From: an uncultured bacterium
Lineage (GTDB): Bacteria; Chloroflexota; UBA5177; JANWHV01
DNA: 64,000 nt
Assembly: GCA_963729625.1 (NCBI GenBank)
Contig: CAVSOU010000008.1
Location: 128,001 to 192,000 of the forward strand
Direction of reading: 5' to 3'
A program made the translations under genes and the position numbers. Of the stretch, positions 1 to 10,930 are shown piece by piece. A model generated the notes under the pieces. That model had not been told where the DNA came from. It saw nothing but the letters and a program-made list of their open reading frames with translations, and did no database searches. Each line of letters starts with the position of its first letter. Within the stretch, counting starts at the first letter, position 1.

Positions 1-1937
1 AAATGCCGCTCGGCATTCTTGTTGTAGGTCGGCGACGACTGATCCGCGTAGTATTGATCGACACTGCGATCGAAATCGCTGCGAATCACCAGCCGGGCCA
101 TTGACTCGCCGGGCGATCCGCTGATGGAATGGCGCAGGGCAATAGCCGGGGCGATTAACGGCTCCCAGCGAGCATAAAAGATAGGGCTCGTCCATGCCAT
201 GGGATTCTGGGCGCCCGGCGCATCGACGGCAATGCGGTGCCCCGCGACGTCCACCATGCGCGCCCGAAGCTTGTAGAAATGGCCAAACCGGAGCTTGGGG
301 AGGCTCTTGTTGGGAGCCGCGAAGCTGATGTTCAGTCCGTACTTCGTGAGACCCGAGTCCGTCAGCTCGGTCGGGTCCTCGGGCGTTTCGGCATTGCCGT
401 CGACGCCGATGGGCTTGACCGGGCGGGGCGCGGCAAGACTCCAGCCCGACCAGCGGAACACCTGTTCGTGCAGGTACAGATCGCTGTTCGACACACCAGG
501 CGTCTCCGAGCCCGCCATGGTCACGAAGCCTTCGCCGTCTGTTTTCACGTGGGTATTGACCCCTCCCACGTGCAGAACGCCGCGACTGTCCGTCGTCACC
601 GGACTCTTGCCCGCGGGAGCGAACTTGAACTTGAAGGTGCCCTGCCTGCGGCTAATTGAGAGCCACTTGCCAGTCAGTTTGTCCCAGATGTCGACGGCAT
701 ACCCGCGCACCAGGTCGTCCGCGTACATCTCGACCGGCGCATTGCTCTCCGCGCTCGCGTTCTGAGCGGTGGCGCGCTGAAAACGCAGTGCCAGGTCATA
801 GGCCCGCCCTGTATGCACGAGCGAAATGCCCGCCGATCGTATCGAGGGCATGCTCGCGGTCATCGGCTGGCCGGCAATCGGCTGGGCCACATGCTGCGCG
901 ACGGTTGCCGCCGTGCCAAGCAGCTTCACGGACGTGCCGGTGACGTCCATCTGCGTGACGTCGAAAGTTCCCTTCGCGTCAAGCCTGAGCAGGAGGTCGC
1001 CGGTGAGGTAGGAGCCCGGCTGCGGCTTCGCCCTGAACCCGCCGGTGGTGTCAAGCAGGTAATGCGTGAGGGGCAGCACGTTCGGCGGACCAAAGAGCTT
1101 GGAGGGTCTGATGGAAACGGTCGTCGCAGCCGCACCCACCGGGATGCCGGCGTCGAACGGGATCTTCAGCTCGACAACCAGTCCCATCGTTTCCAGTAGC
1201 TCCGGATAATGGCCTATGGCGGCGATCATCTTGTGGAAATCGAAGGAGTCAACCAGGTCGGAGAGCTTCGGCTTGGCAATCGGAGTGACCAAAGTCCCTT
1301 TTGCGGTCAGCAGCTTCCTGTGCAAGAATGCGTCGGCTTGATAGTAGTCTCCTGGGACGCCACCCGGCTGCTCATTCGGCCGAAAGGCCTTGATCTTGCG
1401 ATCGTGGAGCAGATTCGTGAGCTGCTGCGCGAGCGGGTTTACGGGCACATTGGCGACCCCGTACGCGCTTCGCTGTGCGACGGCGAGCGGCGCCAACACC
1501 TCGTGCATATCCCGGAGGTTTGGCAGCTGGCTCGGGTTCTTCGCGACGGCCTGAATGACCGACTTGTACCGCTGCTGAATATCATTCTTCAGCCTGGAGA
1601 CCGGGTACGACCGTACGGCCTGATTGGAACGGTCCTCGAAGGCGAAGGGGATGATGGGCGTCATCTCCGTGAACAGGGCATGCCAGAGATCCATGTCCGG
1701 CTTCGCGCTTACCACCTCTGCGGGTAGCGTGGGACCACCCGCGAACGCCACCTTGAACTGAATGCCGGCTACCGTCTCCGGCCACTTGAGCCAGTCGGTA
1801 AAGTCCCCCAGTGTCGGCGAGCCGTCCATCTTGAGACGGGGCGAGACGAAGACACTGACGAACAGCGCGCCGCCCGCCGCCAACGGCCCTTGTGGTCCGT
1901 GTGGAATCGCAGTCCAGGTCACAACCTGCTGTTTCAC
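1..1937 (-). CDS. Large hypothetical protein, partial (runs off the left edge, at least 645 aa); partner of the 1696-aa protein
   Basis: Not in the ORF track. GTG at 1937 follows an AAGGAGG SD just after the upstream stop. Manual translation MKQQVVTWTAIPHG...LHEQVFRWSGWSLAAPRP...LPKLRFGHFYKLRARMVDVAG...PGESMARLVIRS...NAERH stays open to base 1. Confidence 0.88.
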   Translation of the reverse strand, partial: MKQQVVTWTAIPHGPQGPLAAGGALFVSVFVSPRLKMDGSPTLGDFTDWLKWPETVAGIQFKVAFAGGPTLPAEVVSAKPDMDLWHALFTEMTPIIPFAFEDRSNQAVRSYPVSRLKNDIQQRYKSVIQAVAKNPSQLPNLRDMHEVLAPLAVAQRSAYGVANVPVNPLAQQLTNLLHDRKIKAFRPNEQPGGVPGDYYQADAFLHRKLLTAKGTLVTPIAKPKLSDLVDSFDFHKMIAAIGHYPELLETMGLVVELKIPFDAGIPVGAAATTVSIRPSKLFGPPNVLPLTHYLLDTTGGFRAKPQPGSYLTGDLLLRLDAKGTFDVTQMDVTGTSVKLLGTAATVAQHVAQPIAGQPMTASMPSIRSAGISLVHTGRAYDLALRFQRATAQNASAESNAPVEMYADDLVRGYAVDIWDKLTGKWLSISRRQGTFKFKFAPAGKSPVTTDSRGVLHVGGVNTHVKTDGEGFVTMAGSETPGVSNSDLYLHEQVFRWSGWSLAAPRPVKPIGVDGNAETPEDPTELTDSGLTKYGLNISFAAPNKSLPKLRFGHFYKLRARMVDVAGHRIAVDAPGAQNPMAWTSPIFYARWEPLIAPAIALRHSISGSPGESMARLVIRSDFDRSVDQYYADQSSPTYNKNAERH

Positions 1938-1950
1938 GCGCGGCCTCCTT

Positions 1951-4900
1951 TCAGGCAAACGCCAAGAGGTAGTCTTCCCAGTTGGTCTCGGTCACCTGGT
2001 CCGCAAACGTTGGGTCGTTGTGCGATCCGGAGAACTGGCGCTGGACCGAGGCCGACACCGTAATGCTGAAGAAGACGATGTGGACCGAGATGGTAAGTGT
2101 TGCCTCACCCACCACTTTGGTGTCGGGACCATCCTTCTCATAGGTCAGATCCAGCTCGACGTCGATCGATGCGGAGATGATCCCGCCCAGCACCTCCACG
2201 TCGCCGTGAATATGCACGAAGCCGGTCAGGATCGTCTGGTCCTTCGGGCTCTTCTCCATCTTGAAGTAGATGCCCGCCATGATCGAGACGCTGCCGCTGG
2301 CGATGCCGAAGTCGAGCGAAAGCTCGGCCCCAAACTCGAACGAAGCCTCCAGCATGTCCAGACCGTCGAGACCCAGGCTGATACCGAAGAATCCACCGCC
2401 GCCGAGCATGGAGACCGTCAGGATGAAGGGATGTTCGCGCGTGCAGAAGTTGAAGTACACCTGCGCCGGGCTGCTGCCGATAAATGGGATGGTGACTTTG
2501 GCGCCCAGCGAGATGTTGTCCAGACTGAAGATGCCGACCCCCAGGCTGGGCAAGTCGAAGGTGAACCCTGCCTCAACGCCATCGGCCGTGATATCCACGA
2601 ACGGAGGGTCGGTGAAGCTATCCGCCGGAATGGCATCCTTGAGGTCGTTTACGAAGGAGAGCGGCCCCTCGAACTGCAGCACCACCCCTGGGTCGGGAAC
2701 CGTCACATCCGGCTTCTGACCACTCGACGCGCTGAACGTCAACCCGGCAAAGCCAACATAGATAATGTCGGCCAGGTCGATGCCGATCTTGCCCAGCGTG
2801 CCGACGATGCTGAAGGACGGGTCGCTGCTGCCGTCGAGCGGAATGTGTATGGTAGCCGTGACGGACAGGAATTTGTCCAATGCCTTGAAGGGAGCGAAAT
2901 CCTGCAGGTGCGGCGACCAGGTGAGCGTCGTGTCGATAGCCGTGGGCATCTGCCCATGCTTGAGCAACGGCAAGGGATTGATGCCCTGCAGGCTGCCCAG
3001 ATCGTCGACCAACTTCTTGAGATCGGTTGGGAACGAGGTGAATGGCGCCTGCAGTGCCGTGACGTCGCCCGAGAGAGCGCCCACATTCGCCGAGCCGAGG
3101 TCGGCCAGCAGCTTGTCCAGATCGGCGAGAATCGACGTCAGGTCCGTCACGAGCGTGCCCAGATCACCGATGATGGCGCCAACGCCGTCGCCGAGGAGAT
3201 CCGTGACGAAGCTCGGCAACGAGGTCAATGCGCTGTGCAGTGCATTCAACGGTGACTGCAGCGCGGCGAGCGCGGCCCGCAACGGCGCCAGATCGGATTG
3301 CAGGGTTCCCAGCGCCTGGGCCTGCAGCGCGGCCAGGTTGCCCTGCAGCTTGCTCACGGCATCCGAGATAAGCTGATTCAGCGTGTCGGGCGCGCTCTCC
3401 ACCGCCTGGACGAGAGATAGGATCTGGAAAAGCGGTTTCAGCGACGGCATCCTGATGATCGACGAAAGCGGCACGGCCCCCAGGATCTTCGCATCATTGT
3501 CGAAGAAATTCTTCAGGAAATCCCCGACACCGGCATCCGGAGTAGAGCTACCAGACGTATCGCCCACGTCACCGGCGGCCACGTGGTCGAAATTGCCGCC
3601 GACCGGCCCGGTCACGCGCGACAAGGCGGTGATCGCCAGGTTGGGCGTCACGGTGCCCGGCGTGCCGGTGCCGCCGGAATTGCTGCCGCCAAAGGCGATC
3701 TTCGCCGTGCTGGAATCCAGGATTTCCGCAAATACCTCGCCCACGTTCGCGGTGCCGCCAAGGTCGTTCTGCAAATAGTGGTCGCTCAGCTTGATCTTCG
3801 GCTTCTGGCCGCTGTGCAGCAGCGCCTCTACCGCCGGTATGCCAACCGTGGACGTGGCCACGATCGGGTAGAACCGCGGCTGGTCGGCGTTGATCAGCGC
3901 CGATTGCGATGGAGACGGCGGTACAAACGCGTCAAACGTGATATCGCTGGCGTGCAGCGTGGTGTCGCCGGGCTTTCTGCTCGGCGCAAACGCTACCTTC
4001 TGACCGTTGGTCGGCCGGGTGCGCCGGTCTGGATATCCGCTGGCGGTGGAGTTGTATTTCGTGCGCACCTGGTTCATATAGGTGGCGTCGAAAGCCAGGA
4101 AGTTCTCTACGCTGATGAACGCCAGGGGCGCGGTGAACTCGGCCCGCTGGCCGTCGCTGTCCTGGCCAATCAGGTGGAACTGGAAGTCCTTCCCGCCGAT
4201 TTGCGGCCAGAAGTCGTCCGTGTCGCGATACCCCTGGCTGGCGTCGAGCGTCAGGATGCCCTTTCCGTCCGGCGGGTCGAGGTCGGGGGTGGTCTTGGTC
4301 GTGATTTCCACCTGCTTGAAGGGCATGGCCCGGTCGATGCTGCCTTGATTCCCGTTCGAGAGCGGCATCGTGTACCCGGTGTTGCCGAACAGTTTGATCG
4401 GCTCGCGCACCACGATGAACATGCGCTGGAACAGGTAGGCCACGTTGCGACCGTTCTGGTAGTAGAACTTCCGCTCTGTCACCTTCACGAGAGATGCGGC
4501 ATGACCGAAGGGGAACAGGTATCCCTTATAGACCACACGCACGTAGTTATCGCGCCCTTGCGTCCCTCTGTGCCGCCACTCCACCAGTGGAATGCCCAGG
4601 TTGACGCCAAGTGGCCAGGCGCCGTGGACGTCTATCCAGGCGCCCAGGGTGGTCAGCATCAGCCGGTCGACCTGTGCCGGCAAGGGGTTGTAGTGCGACG
4701 GCGGGATGAAGGTAGCCAGCTCGGTTTCGATCCCCTTGGGCAGAATGGCGATCTTCGTGGGAAGCGGCAAGGGAATCAGGACTTTCTTTGGCGGCGGCAC
4801 TGCCTTGCTGAAGTCCGAAGTCAGGACCACTAGCTGCATGCGGTCCCGCCCGGACAACGACATGCGGAACGGCACATTATCCTGCAGCGCATTCGCATAG

Positions 4901-7041
4901 TTCAACTTCGGCAAATAGTCCGCCGACCACGAGGCTCGGATGGTCCGCCAGGGCTGCAGCAAATCGAACGGCTTCCCGCCAACGTAGGCGTCGATCGTCA
5001 CCCCGTACTTCCGGCCCGCGGCCGTGCCGATTGGTTCGTAGGCGTAGTGCGTGTCCACCAGGAAGGTCCGAACCGGCCGCTTTGCCGTCCCCGGCAAGGT
5101 AAACTTCACTCCCAGCCGCGTATGCCACAGCTCAGTCCAGCCATTATGGGTCACCGGCGTGAAGGCATGCACCCAGGCTGAGAAGGCGTTCGGCGAAATC
5201 TTGAGCCGCCAGGGCAGCTCCAACGAGGTCTCCGTCGGCAACGGCGCCGCGATTTTCGCCGTCGTGTAGCCCCCAGCCGGCAGCGCCGTCGGCGGCACAC
5301 TCGGCGTCAGCGTCGCCCAATCGAGCAGGGTCTGCAGTGTAAGCGGCATGCTTTTGAAGCCGGCTGGCATGGAAAACACCAGGCGGCTTTCATCCGCCAG
5401 CCGCGCGCCAACCGGCGTCACCGGTAGCCCAGCGGGAAACTCTGGGTTCGTGGTGCTCGTCTTGGTGGCATCGGAATCGACGACGTGGTCGGATCCGGGA
5501 TAGGCCGTCTTTGGCACCGCGATACCTGCCTGCTCCACCTGAAAGAAGGCTTGCTCGGCGATATTCTGGCCCTGGAAATGCACGGCGAGGTAGGGCTTCA
5601 GTTTGGCGCTGCGCGGCATTGCCTGCGGCGGCTTATTTGTGTGGGTCGTGTCGATCCTCATGTTTATGAATTCGAAGGTCAACGCCAGCAAGTCGTCCGG
5701 CCGCACTACCGAGATCTGCGGGTTGATCAGTGTGAATCGTTGGAACGAGCTCGACGGATGGTCGGACAGCACGATCTGTGCCGCGTGCTGCGAGCTAGGC
5801 CGCTCCAGGCCCGTCGCCACAAAAGCGAGATGCGTCGTTTCGCGCGGTGCCACTGGCGCCGCCACGGCGCCGGCGATCGGTATCGACACCTTCAGTACTG
5901 CCGGCGCGCAACGCACCGCCGTCACCATGGAGCCGCGCGCATGTATTTCAAAAGGCAGCGTCCCCGGCAGGCTTCCCACTTCTATCGCGCAGCTGCCAGC
6001 CTGGAGCCATGTCGGCTGATCGCCGAAGCGTGCGACCAACGATTGCTGGTTTCCGCCGGCATCGAAGGCGATCGCATAGCGCGCCCCGCTCAGAGGCAGC
6101 GCGACGCTGGTTCCGGTGGTGTTTCTGAAACCGGTGTGGGGCACGAACGTGATGGAGTCGCCCGCGTCTGCGACGAGCGCGGCAGTGCAATGGCGACTGC
6201 TGTCTTCGCCAAGCTCGAGCACGATCGAATCAAAAGCCTGTGAGGGAATCCTGAGCTGCCACCTTCCTGCCGGCTGCATGGCAGGTTCCAGCGCCCAAGC
6301 GCGATTACCGCGCTCAAGCCCGATAACTGTGCGCTTGAGCGCTCCACGCAGCACCACGGTCTCCCCAACGGCCGGCATCGCGATGCGCACCATGTCGGAG
6401 ACCAGCGGCGAGCCCAGCCCGTGCAACATCGCAATGCCGTTCGCTCGCGCGGTCGTCACCCACTCTGGTGTATATGCGGCCTGCGCGGATCCTGCGACCG
6501 TGAGCGCCGTATCTGGATCGAGCCGGAGAGGCGGGCCGGACAAGCTCACTCGAGAGCGGAGGCTATCCAGCCCGGCAAGCCAGGGCACGAAGAGACCGCC
6601 GGCGGAAAAGCCGCCAAGCGCCATCTTCAACTGAATACGCCAACCGCCGGCGCCGTGGCGAATCTCCGCGCGCAGATCGGCGGGCATGTCCGTGCCCGGA
6701 TAGATCGCGCGGCTCAGCTCGACCAGAATGCGATCCGAGCTTTGTTCCACACGGAGCGCCGGTGACCCGGCGAAACGACGCGTATCGATCACCCAGCGCT
6801 CTGCTCCGCGGTAGAGGAAGGCCACCCGGCCTTTCCCGCTTCGCACCATGTCGAAGGTACCGAGTACGCTGCCCTCAACCGCGCGCAGGGCCGGCGAAAT
6901 ACCTGCCGCGGCGACGCCGGCCAGGCCAAGCGCCTTGCGCCGAGTGACATTGAAGTCGCCACCTGTGGGCTCGGATGGATCGCCGGTTGGTTGGGTTCGA
7001 GACGCGCGCAGGGCGGCCAAATCAAGGTTTGCACGGTGCAT
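1951..7041 (-). CDS. Giant hypothetical protein (1696 aa) with twin-arginine-like signal, amphipathic helical insert and beta-rich C-terminus
   Basis: Long ORF; ATG at 7041 with GGAGG SD; N-terminal NVTRRKALGLAGVAAAG; no catalytic motif recognised. Confidence 0.88.
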   Translation of the reverse strand: MHRANLDLAALRASRTQPTGDPSEPTGGDFNVTRRKALGLAGVAAAGISPALRAVEGSVLGTFDMVRSGKGRVAFLYRGAERWVIDTRRFAGSPALRVEQSSDRILVELSRAIYPGTDMPADLRAEIRHGAGGWRIQLKMALGGFSAGGLFVPWLAGLDSLRSRVSLSGPPLRLDPDTALTVAGSAQAAYTPEWVTTARANGIAMLHGLGSPLVSDMVRIAMPAVGETVVLRGALKRTVIGLERGNRAWALEPAMQPAGRWQLRIPSQAFDSIVLELGEDSSRHCTAALVADAGDSITFVPHTGFRNTTGTSVALPLSGARYAIAFDAGGNQQSLVARFGDQPTWLQAGSCAIEVGSLPGTLPFEIHARGSMVTAVRCAPAVLKVSIPIAGAVAAPVAPRETTHLAFVATGLERPSSQHAAQIVLSDHPSSSFQRFTLINPQISVVRPDDLLALTFEFINMRIDTTHTNKPPQAMPRSAKLKPYLAVHFQGQNIAEQAFFQVEQAGIAVPKTAYPGSDHVVDSDATKTSTTNPEFPAGLPVTPVGARLADESRLVFSMPAGFKSMPLTLQTLLDWATLTPSVPPTALPAGGYTTAKIAAPLPTETSLELPWRLKISPNAFSAWVHAFTPVTHNGWTELWHTRLGVKFTLPGTAKRPVRTFLVDTHYAYEPIGTAAGRKYGVTIDAYVGGKPFDLLQPWRTIRASWSADYLPKLNYANALQDNVPFRMSLSGRDRMQLVVLTSDFSKAVPPPKKVLIPLPLPTKIAILPKGIETELATFIPPSHYNPLPAQVDRLMLTTLGAWIDVHGAWPLGVNLGIPLVEWRHRGTQGRDNYVRVVYKGYLFPFGHAASLVKVTERKFYYQNGRNVAYLFQRMFIVVREPIKLFGNTGYTMPLSNGNQGSIDRAMPFKQVEITTKTTPDLDPPDGKGILTLDASQGYRDTDDFWPQIGGKDFQFHLIGQDSDGQRAEFTAPLAFISVENFLAFDATYMNQVRTKYNSTASGYPDRRTRPTNGQKVAFAPSRKPGDTTLHASDITFDAFVPPSPSQSALINADQPRFYPIVATSTVGIPAVEALLHSGQKPKIKLSDHYLQNDLGGTANVGEVFAEILDSSTAKIAFGGSNSGGTGTPGTVTPNLAITALSRVTGPVGGNFDHVAAGDVGDTSGSSTPDAGVGDFLKNFFDNDAKILGAVPLSSIIRMPSLKPLFQILSLVQAVESAPDTLNQLISDAVSKLQGNLAALQAQALGTLQSDLAPLRAALAALQSPLNALHSALTSLPSFVTDLLGDGVGAIIGDLGTLVTDLTSILADLDKLLADLGSANVGALSGDVTALQAPFTSFPTDLKKLVDDLGSLQGINPLPLLKHGQMPTAIDTTLTWSPHLQDFAPFKALDKFLSVTATIHIPLDGSSDPSFSIVGTLGKIGIDLADIIYVGFAGLTFSASSGQKPDVTVPDPGVVLQFEGPLSFVNDLKDAIPADSFTDPPFVDITADGVEAGFTFDLPSLGVGIFSLDNISLGAKVTIPFIGSSPAQVYFNFCTREHPFILTVSMLGGGGFFGISLGLDGLDMLEASFEFGAELSLDFGIASGSVSIMAGIYFKMEKSPKDQTILTGFVHIHGDVEVLGGIISASIDVELDLTYEKDGPDTKVVGEATLTISVHIVFFSITVSASVQRQFSGSHNDPTFADQVTETNWEDYLLAFA

Positions 7042-7460
7042 TCCACGCCTCCAGACACTCTGACGGCTACCGGCCATGCGCCGGCACCATGCGACCACGG
7101 CACGACCAACCCACGTGCCCAGGGATTCACGCGGGTTCTGCGGTACTACGGCATCGGCCCGTGCCAGCCTCAGAATACTCTGAAGTGGGCGGGCTGTATA
7201 GCCTTCAATTGAGTGTAAAACTGCCCTTTATGGAACGCCCGTGCATATTAGCGGATCGATTGCTAGTGGGTAGGGCAACAAGAATCCGTCCGTCACATTT
7301 GGTACACCGTGCGCAGCCAGCATCGGCGCGTCCTACTGGACCGCGGCTTCATTGCCCACCAGCCAGACCTCGCCGGGGCACGTGCCGTGATTGTTCCCCG
7401 AGCCGCGGCGCCACGATGCCGAGGCACTTGGAACTCGGCATCGTGACGTCCGCACCCACG

Positions 7461-10400
7461 CTAACTCACCGCCGGCTCGGTGGGAATCCAGGGACGCACC
7501 TTGACCCAGGCGGCGGTCAGCACGTCGGGGATGGCCACCGTGCTCGTGCTATTGGACACCGTCAGCACCACGCTAAGCGCGTTGGTGTTGCGTTCGCTCG
7601 GGTCCGTGTTGGTGGTGGAGTAGGAGTCCAGCCAGTAGTAGGGCTGGCCCGTCGAGGACCGGGCGATCTGGAACGTGTGCCGGTTACTGTCGCCCGCTCC
7701 TTCCGTCGTTCCCTGGCAGCAGTTCGTGGTGGAGTCGGACATGAAGTTGCCGGCATTGTTGAACCAGTGGTCGATGTACTGGCCCCAACTGAAGCGGTCG
7801 TAGATGCCGTTCCAGTAGGCGGAGGTGCCCAGGGTGTCGGCGGCGTAGGCGGTGGTGAGGTAGCCGGCGCCGAACGTGGTCCTGGAGCTGATGCCGTAGT
7901 TCTGGTTGCTGTCTCCCGCTGCCTCGGTGATGGTCAGCCCGTTGGCGACGGTGACGGCGGCGCTGCCGTTGGTGTAGTTCCACTTGGAGGTGTCCAGACT
8001 GGAGCCGGCGAAGGTGTCCTGCAGGGGGTAGAGGTCGGCCAGGTTGCGCAGGATCCTAGGGTTGCTGTTGCCCCAGGCCAGGGTATAGGCGGCGTCCGTG
8101 GCGGGGGAGGCTGCCAGATTGCGCTGCAGCTTGAACCAGAGGGTGATGTTGTTGGTGGACCAGGCGCCGTAGGTGGTGGTGTCGTAGTCCAGGTCGATCT
8201 GGGCGCCGCCGTACCACAGGGTGACGTCGGCGAAGGCCACCCCGCCGTCGGTGTTCGTGGCGTTATAGGTGGCCCCGTTGTAGACGGCGGCGGCCTGCGA
8301 GCCCGTCAGATGCACCTGCACCACGTAGTCGGTGGAGTTGGTGGGGACGGGCGCCGTGGTGCTGCCGGATACGGCGCTGCCGCCTCCGGTGATGGTGAGG
8401 GCCATGGAACCGGAGTAGGCGGACAGCCCCGGCGGTGTCTGGGTCGCGGTCGGGCTGGCGGTGGCCGTGCTGGTCGGCGTGGGCGGCGGCGGCTGGATCA
8501 CGCCGCTGAGCGGCAGGGTGTGGTAGGCGCCGGCGGAGACCATCCGCGCGGTGACGCCGGAGGGCAGGCCTACGGCTTCCGGGGTCGCACGGGTCGTGGT
8601 GGTGCTATCGCCGAGCTGGCCGTAGCCGTTCCAGCCCCAGGCATACATCTGGCCGTTGTTGCCGATCGCCAGGCTGTGGGCCGCCCCGGTGGAGGCGGCG
8701 AGCACGGCCACGGTGACCCCGCCGGGCAGGCCGACGGCTTCGGGCGTGAGGCGAGTGGTGGTCGTGCCGTCGCCGAGCTGGCTGTAGGTGTTCCAGCCCC
8801 AGACATACACCTTGCCGTCGCCGCCCACCGCCAGGCTGTGGCAGTAGCCGGCCGCCACGGTGAGCGGGATGGCCCCACCGGGCAGGCCGACGGCTTCCGG
8901 GGTGAGATGAGTCGTGGTGGTGCCGTCACCCAGTTGGCCGTCGACATTGTAGCCCCAGGCGTAGAGACTGCCGTCGCTGCCCACGGCCAGGCTATGCGCG
9001 TAGCCGGCGGAGACGGACAGCGCGGCGATGCCGAGACTGAGGCGCACAGCCTCCGGTGTGAGATGATTCGTGGTGGTGCCATCACCAAGCTGGCCGTACG
9101 CGTTCCAGCCCCAGGCATAGACGTTGCCGTCGCTGCCCACGGCCAGGCTGTGGCCGTCCCCGGCGGAGACGGAGAGCGCGCTCACGCCGGCCGGCAGCGC
9201 GAGCACCTCCGGGGTCAGCCGCGTGGTCGTGGTGCCGTCGCCGAGCTGGCCGGAGGCGTTGCCGCCCCAGGCATAGACACGGCCGTCGTTGCCCACGGCC
9301 AGGCTGTGCTCGTAGCCGGCGGACACGGACACGGCCGTGACGCCGCCGGGCAGGCTGATCGCCTCGGCGCTGAGCCGATTGGTGGTCGTGCCATCGCCCA
9401 ACTGCCCGTACGCGTTCCAGCCCCAGGCGTAGATCTTGCCGTCGCTGCCCACGGCCAGGCTATGGTACCAGCCGGCCGAGACGGTGACGGCGGCGACGTT
9501 GCCGGGCAGCACGACGGAGAGAGGAGCGAGCTGCCCGTAGGTCGTGCCGTTGCCCAACTGGCCGTAGGCGTTGAGCCCCATGGCGAACACCGTGCCGGGG
9601 GCCGGCGGCAGCACGGTGATGGACACGGTGCTGCCGAAGCACTGGCCGCCGGCGGTGGGGCACTCCGAGAGGTTGATCCAGTTCGCGCCCGGCGTGGCGG
9701 CCAGCGGGACGGTGCAGGAGGCGTTCAGGGTGCCGGACAGGTTGGCCCACTCGCACTGATTGGCGCCGCCGCCGGCGGACAGGAACATGCCGGTGGCGCC
9801 CCAGATGGCGAGGTCGGTCTGAAGCTGCCCGTAGTAGGGCCAGCAGAGGGCAATGGTATCGCCGGGATAGTAGGCGCCTCCCAGGGGCGGGCACTGTCCG
9901 GGCACCGGCGTCGGCGGCGCGGGTGCGTTGACGACCACGGCCATGGTCTGGGACGCGAGCGGGGTCTGGGCCGGGTTGTATTCGCTGACGGTAATCGTGT
10001 GGGTGCCGGGGGTGGCGTAGGCGGCCGAGGGGATGGTGCAGGTGGTAGAGTACGCGCCGAGGGAGCTCCAGTCGCACTCGTTGTTCAGATAGGGATTGGA
10101 AGCGGGCAGCAGGTTGTTCGCGACCCCGTCGGGCCCGTCCCAGTGGGCCAGGTCGAGCTGGGCCGATCCTCCGCTTTCGTCCGGCCAGGTGATGCCCACG
10201 GGGTCGCCGGGACTATATGTTGCCGGCGGGTCCCAGACGCTGATCCCGTGCCCATCGCACGTGCCGTTGGCCGGATTGATGAGCAACGGGAAGTCCGCAT
10301 CGAGATGCTGACTTGGATTCGAGATGGCTAGAAGGTTGCTGTTCTGCGTAGTGCAAAACGTCATTCCTGCCACAACCGTCTTGTAACTTGCATTTGAATC

Positions 10401-10930
10401 GTAGAGACCCAACGCCTTGCCTGGAAAGTCTAGGCCGGTGAACCACATGACGCGTACAGGCGTCTGGCCAAGCGCATAGGCGTACCCGTTGCGGTCTCCA
10501 AGCCAGTCGGTAAGGTCCGTCAGGTAGGCAGCCTCGTACTCGGCGTAATCGTCCGGGGGGCTTGGCACCGCGCTGTAGTTGTCCTCGGTGAAGACGAGCG
10601 GGATGCCGGGATTCGTGGCCGTCCACTCGCTGATCATCCAGTCGAGCCTGCTCGTGGACGGGAGCGACGTATTGAAATCGTCAGTTGGGATCGTTGGGGG
10701 GTTGTACCAACGTGGTTGAAAGCCGTAGTTTGGCCAGTACGTAGGGTATTCAGGAGTCGCGTAGCCGTATGGATGAACTGCCACTGCCAGGTTGCTATAG
10801 GGCACGCCGCTGTTCGTGGCATCGGTGATCGCGGTCCATATCTGCCACTCATTACCGTTAACCGCGAAGGTAGCGTCGGGAGCGATCAGGCCAGCGGTCA
10901 TGATGTGCACGTTCGACCCGAGCCCCGGAC
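7461..10930 (-). CDS. C-terminal part of a frameshifted multidomain secreted protein: GH-like C-half, 7 RCC1 repeats, P/T linker, DUF2341-like domain
   Basis: Seven G-x-N-x-x-(G/S)QLG-x-(G/S) plus AGxxHSLA repeats; VAVHPYGY and VFTEDN motifs; joins the upstream ORF if one G is added in the G4 run near 10930. Confidence 0.75.
8520..9590 (-). repeat. Seven RCC1/BLIP-II-like coding repeats (~52 aa each)
   Basis: Repeated WGWNAYGQLGDGTTT...AGxxHSLAVGSDG units in the translation. Confidence 0.9.

Noticed and set aside
237-6765. Many plus-strand ORFs (e.g. 1762-3255, 3583-4833)
   Set aside because: Shadows of the two minus-strand giant genes.
6975-10331. 1118-aa plus-strand ORF
   Set aside because: Antisense shadow of the GC-rich RCC1 gene; Gly/Arg/Ala-rich with no motifs of its own.
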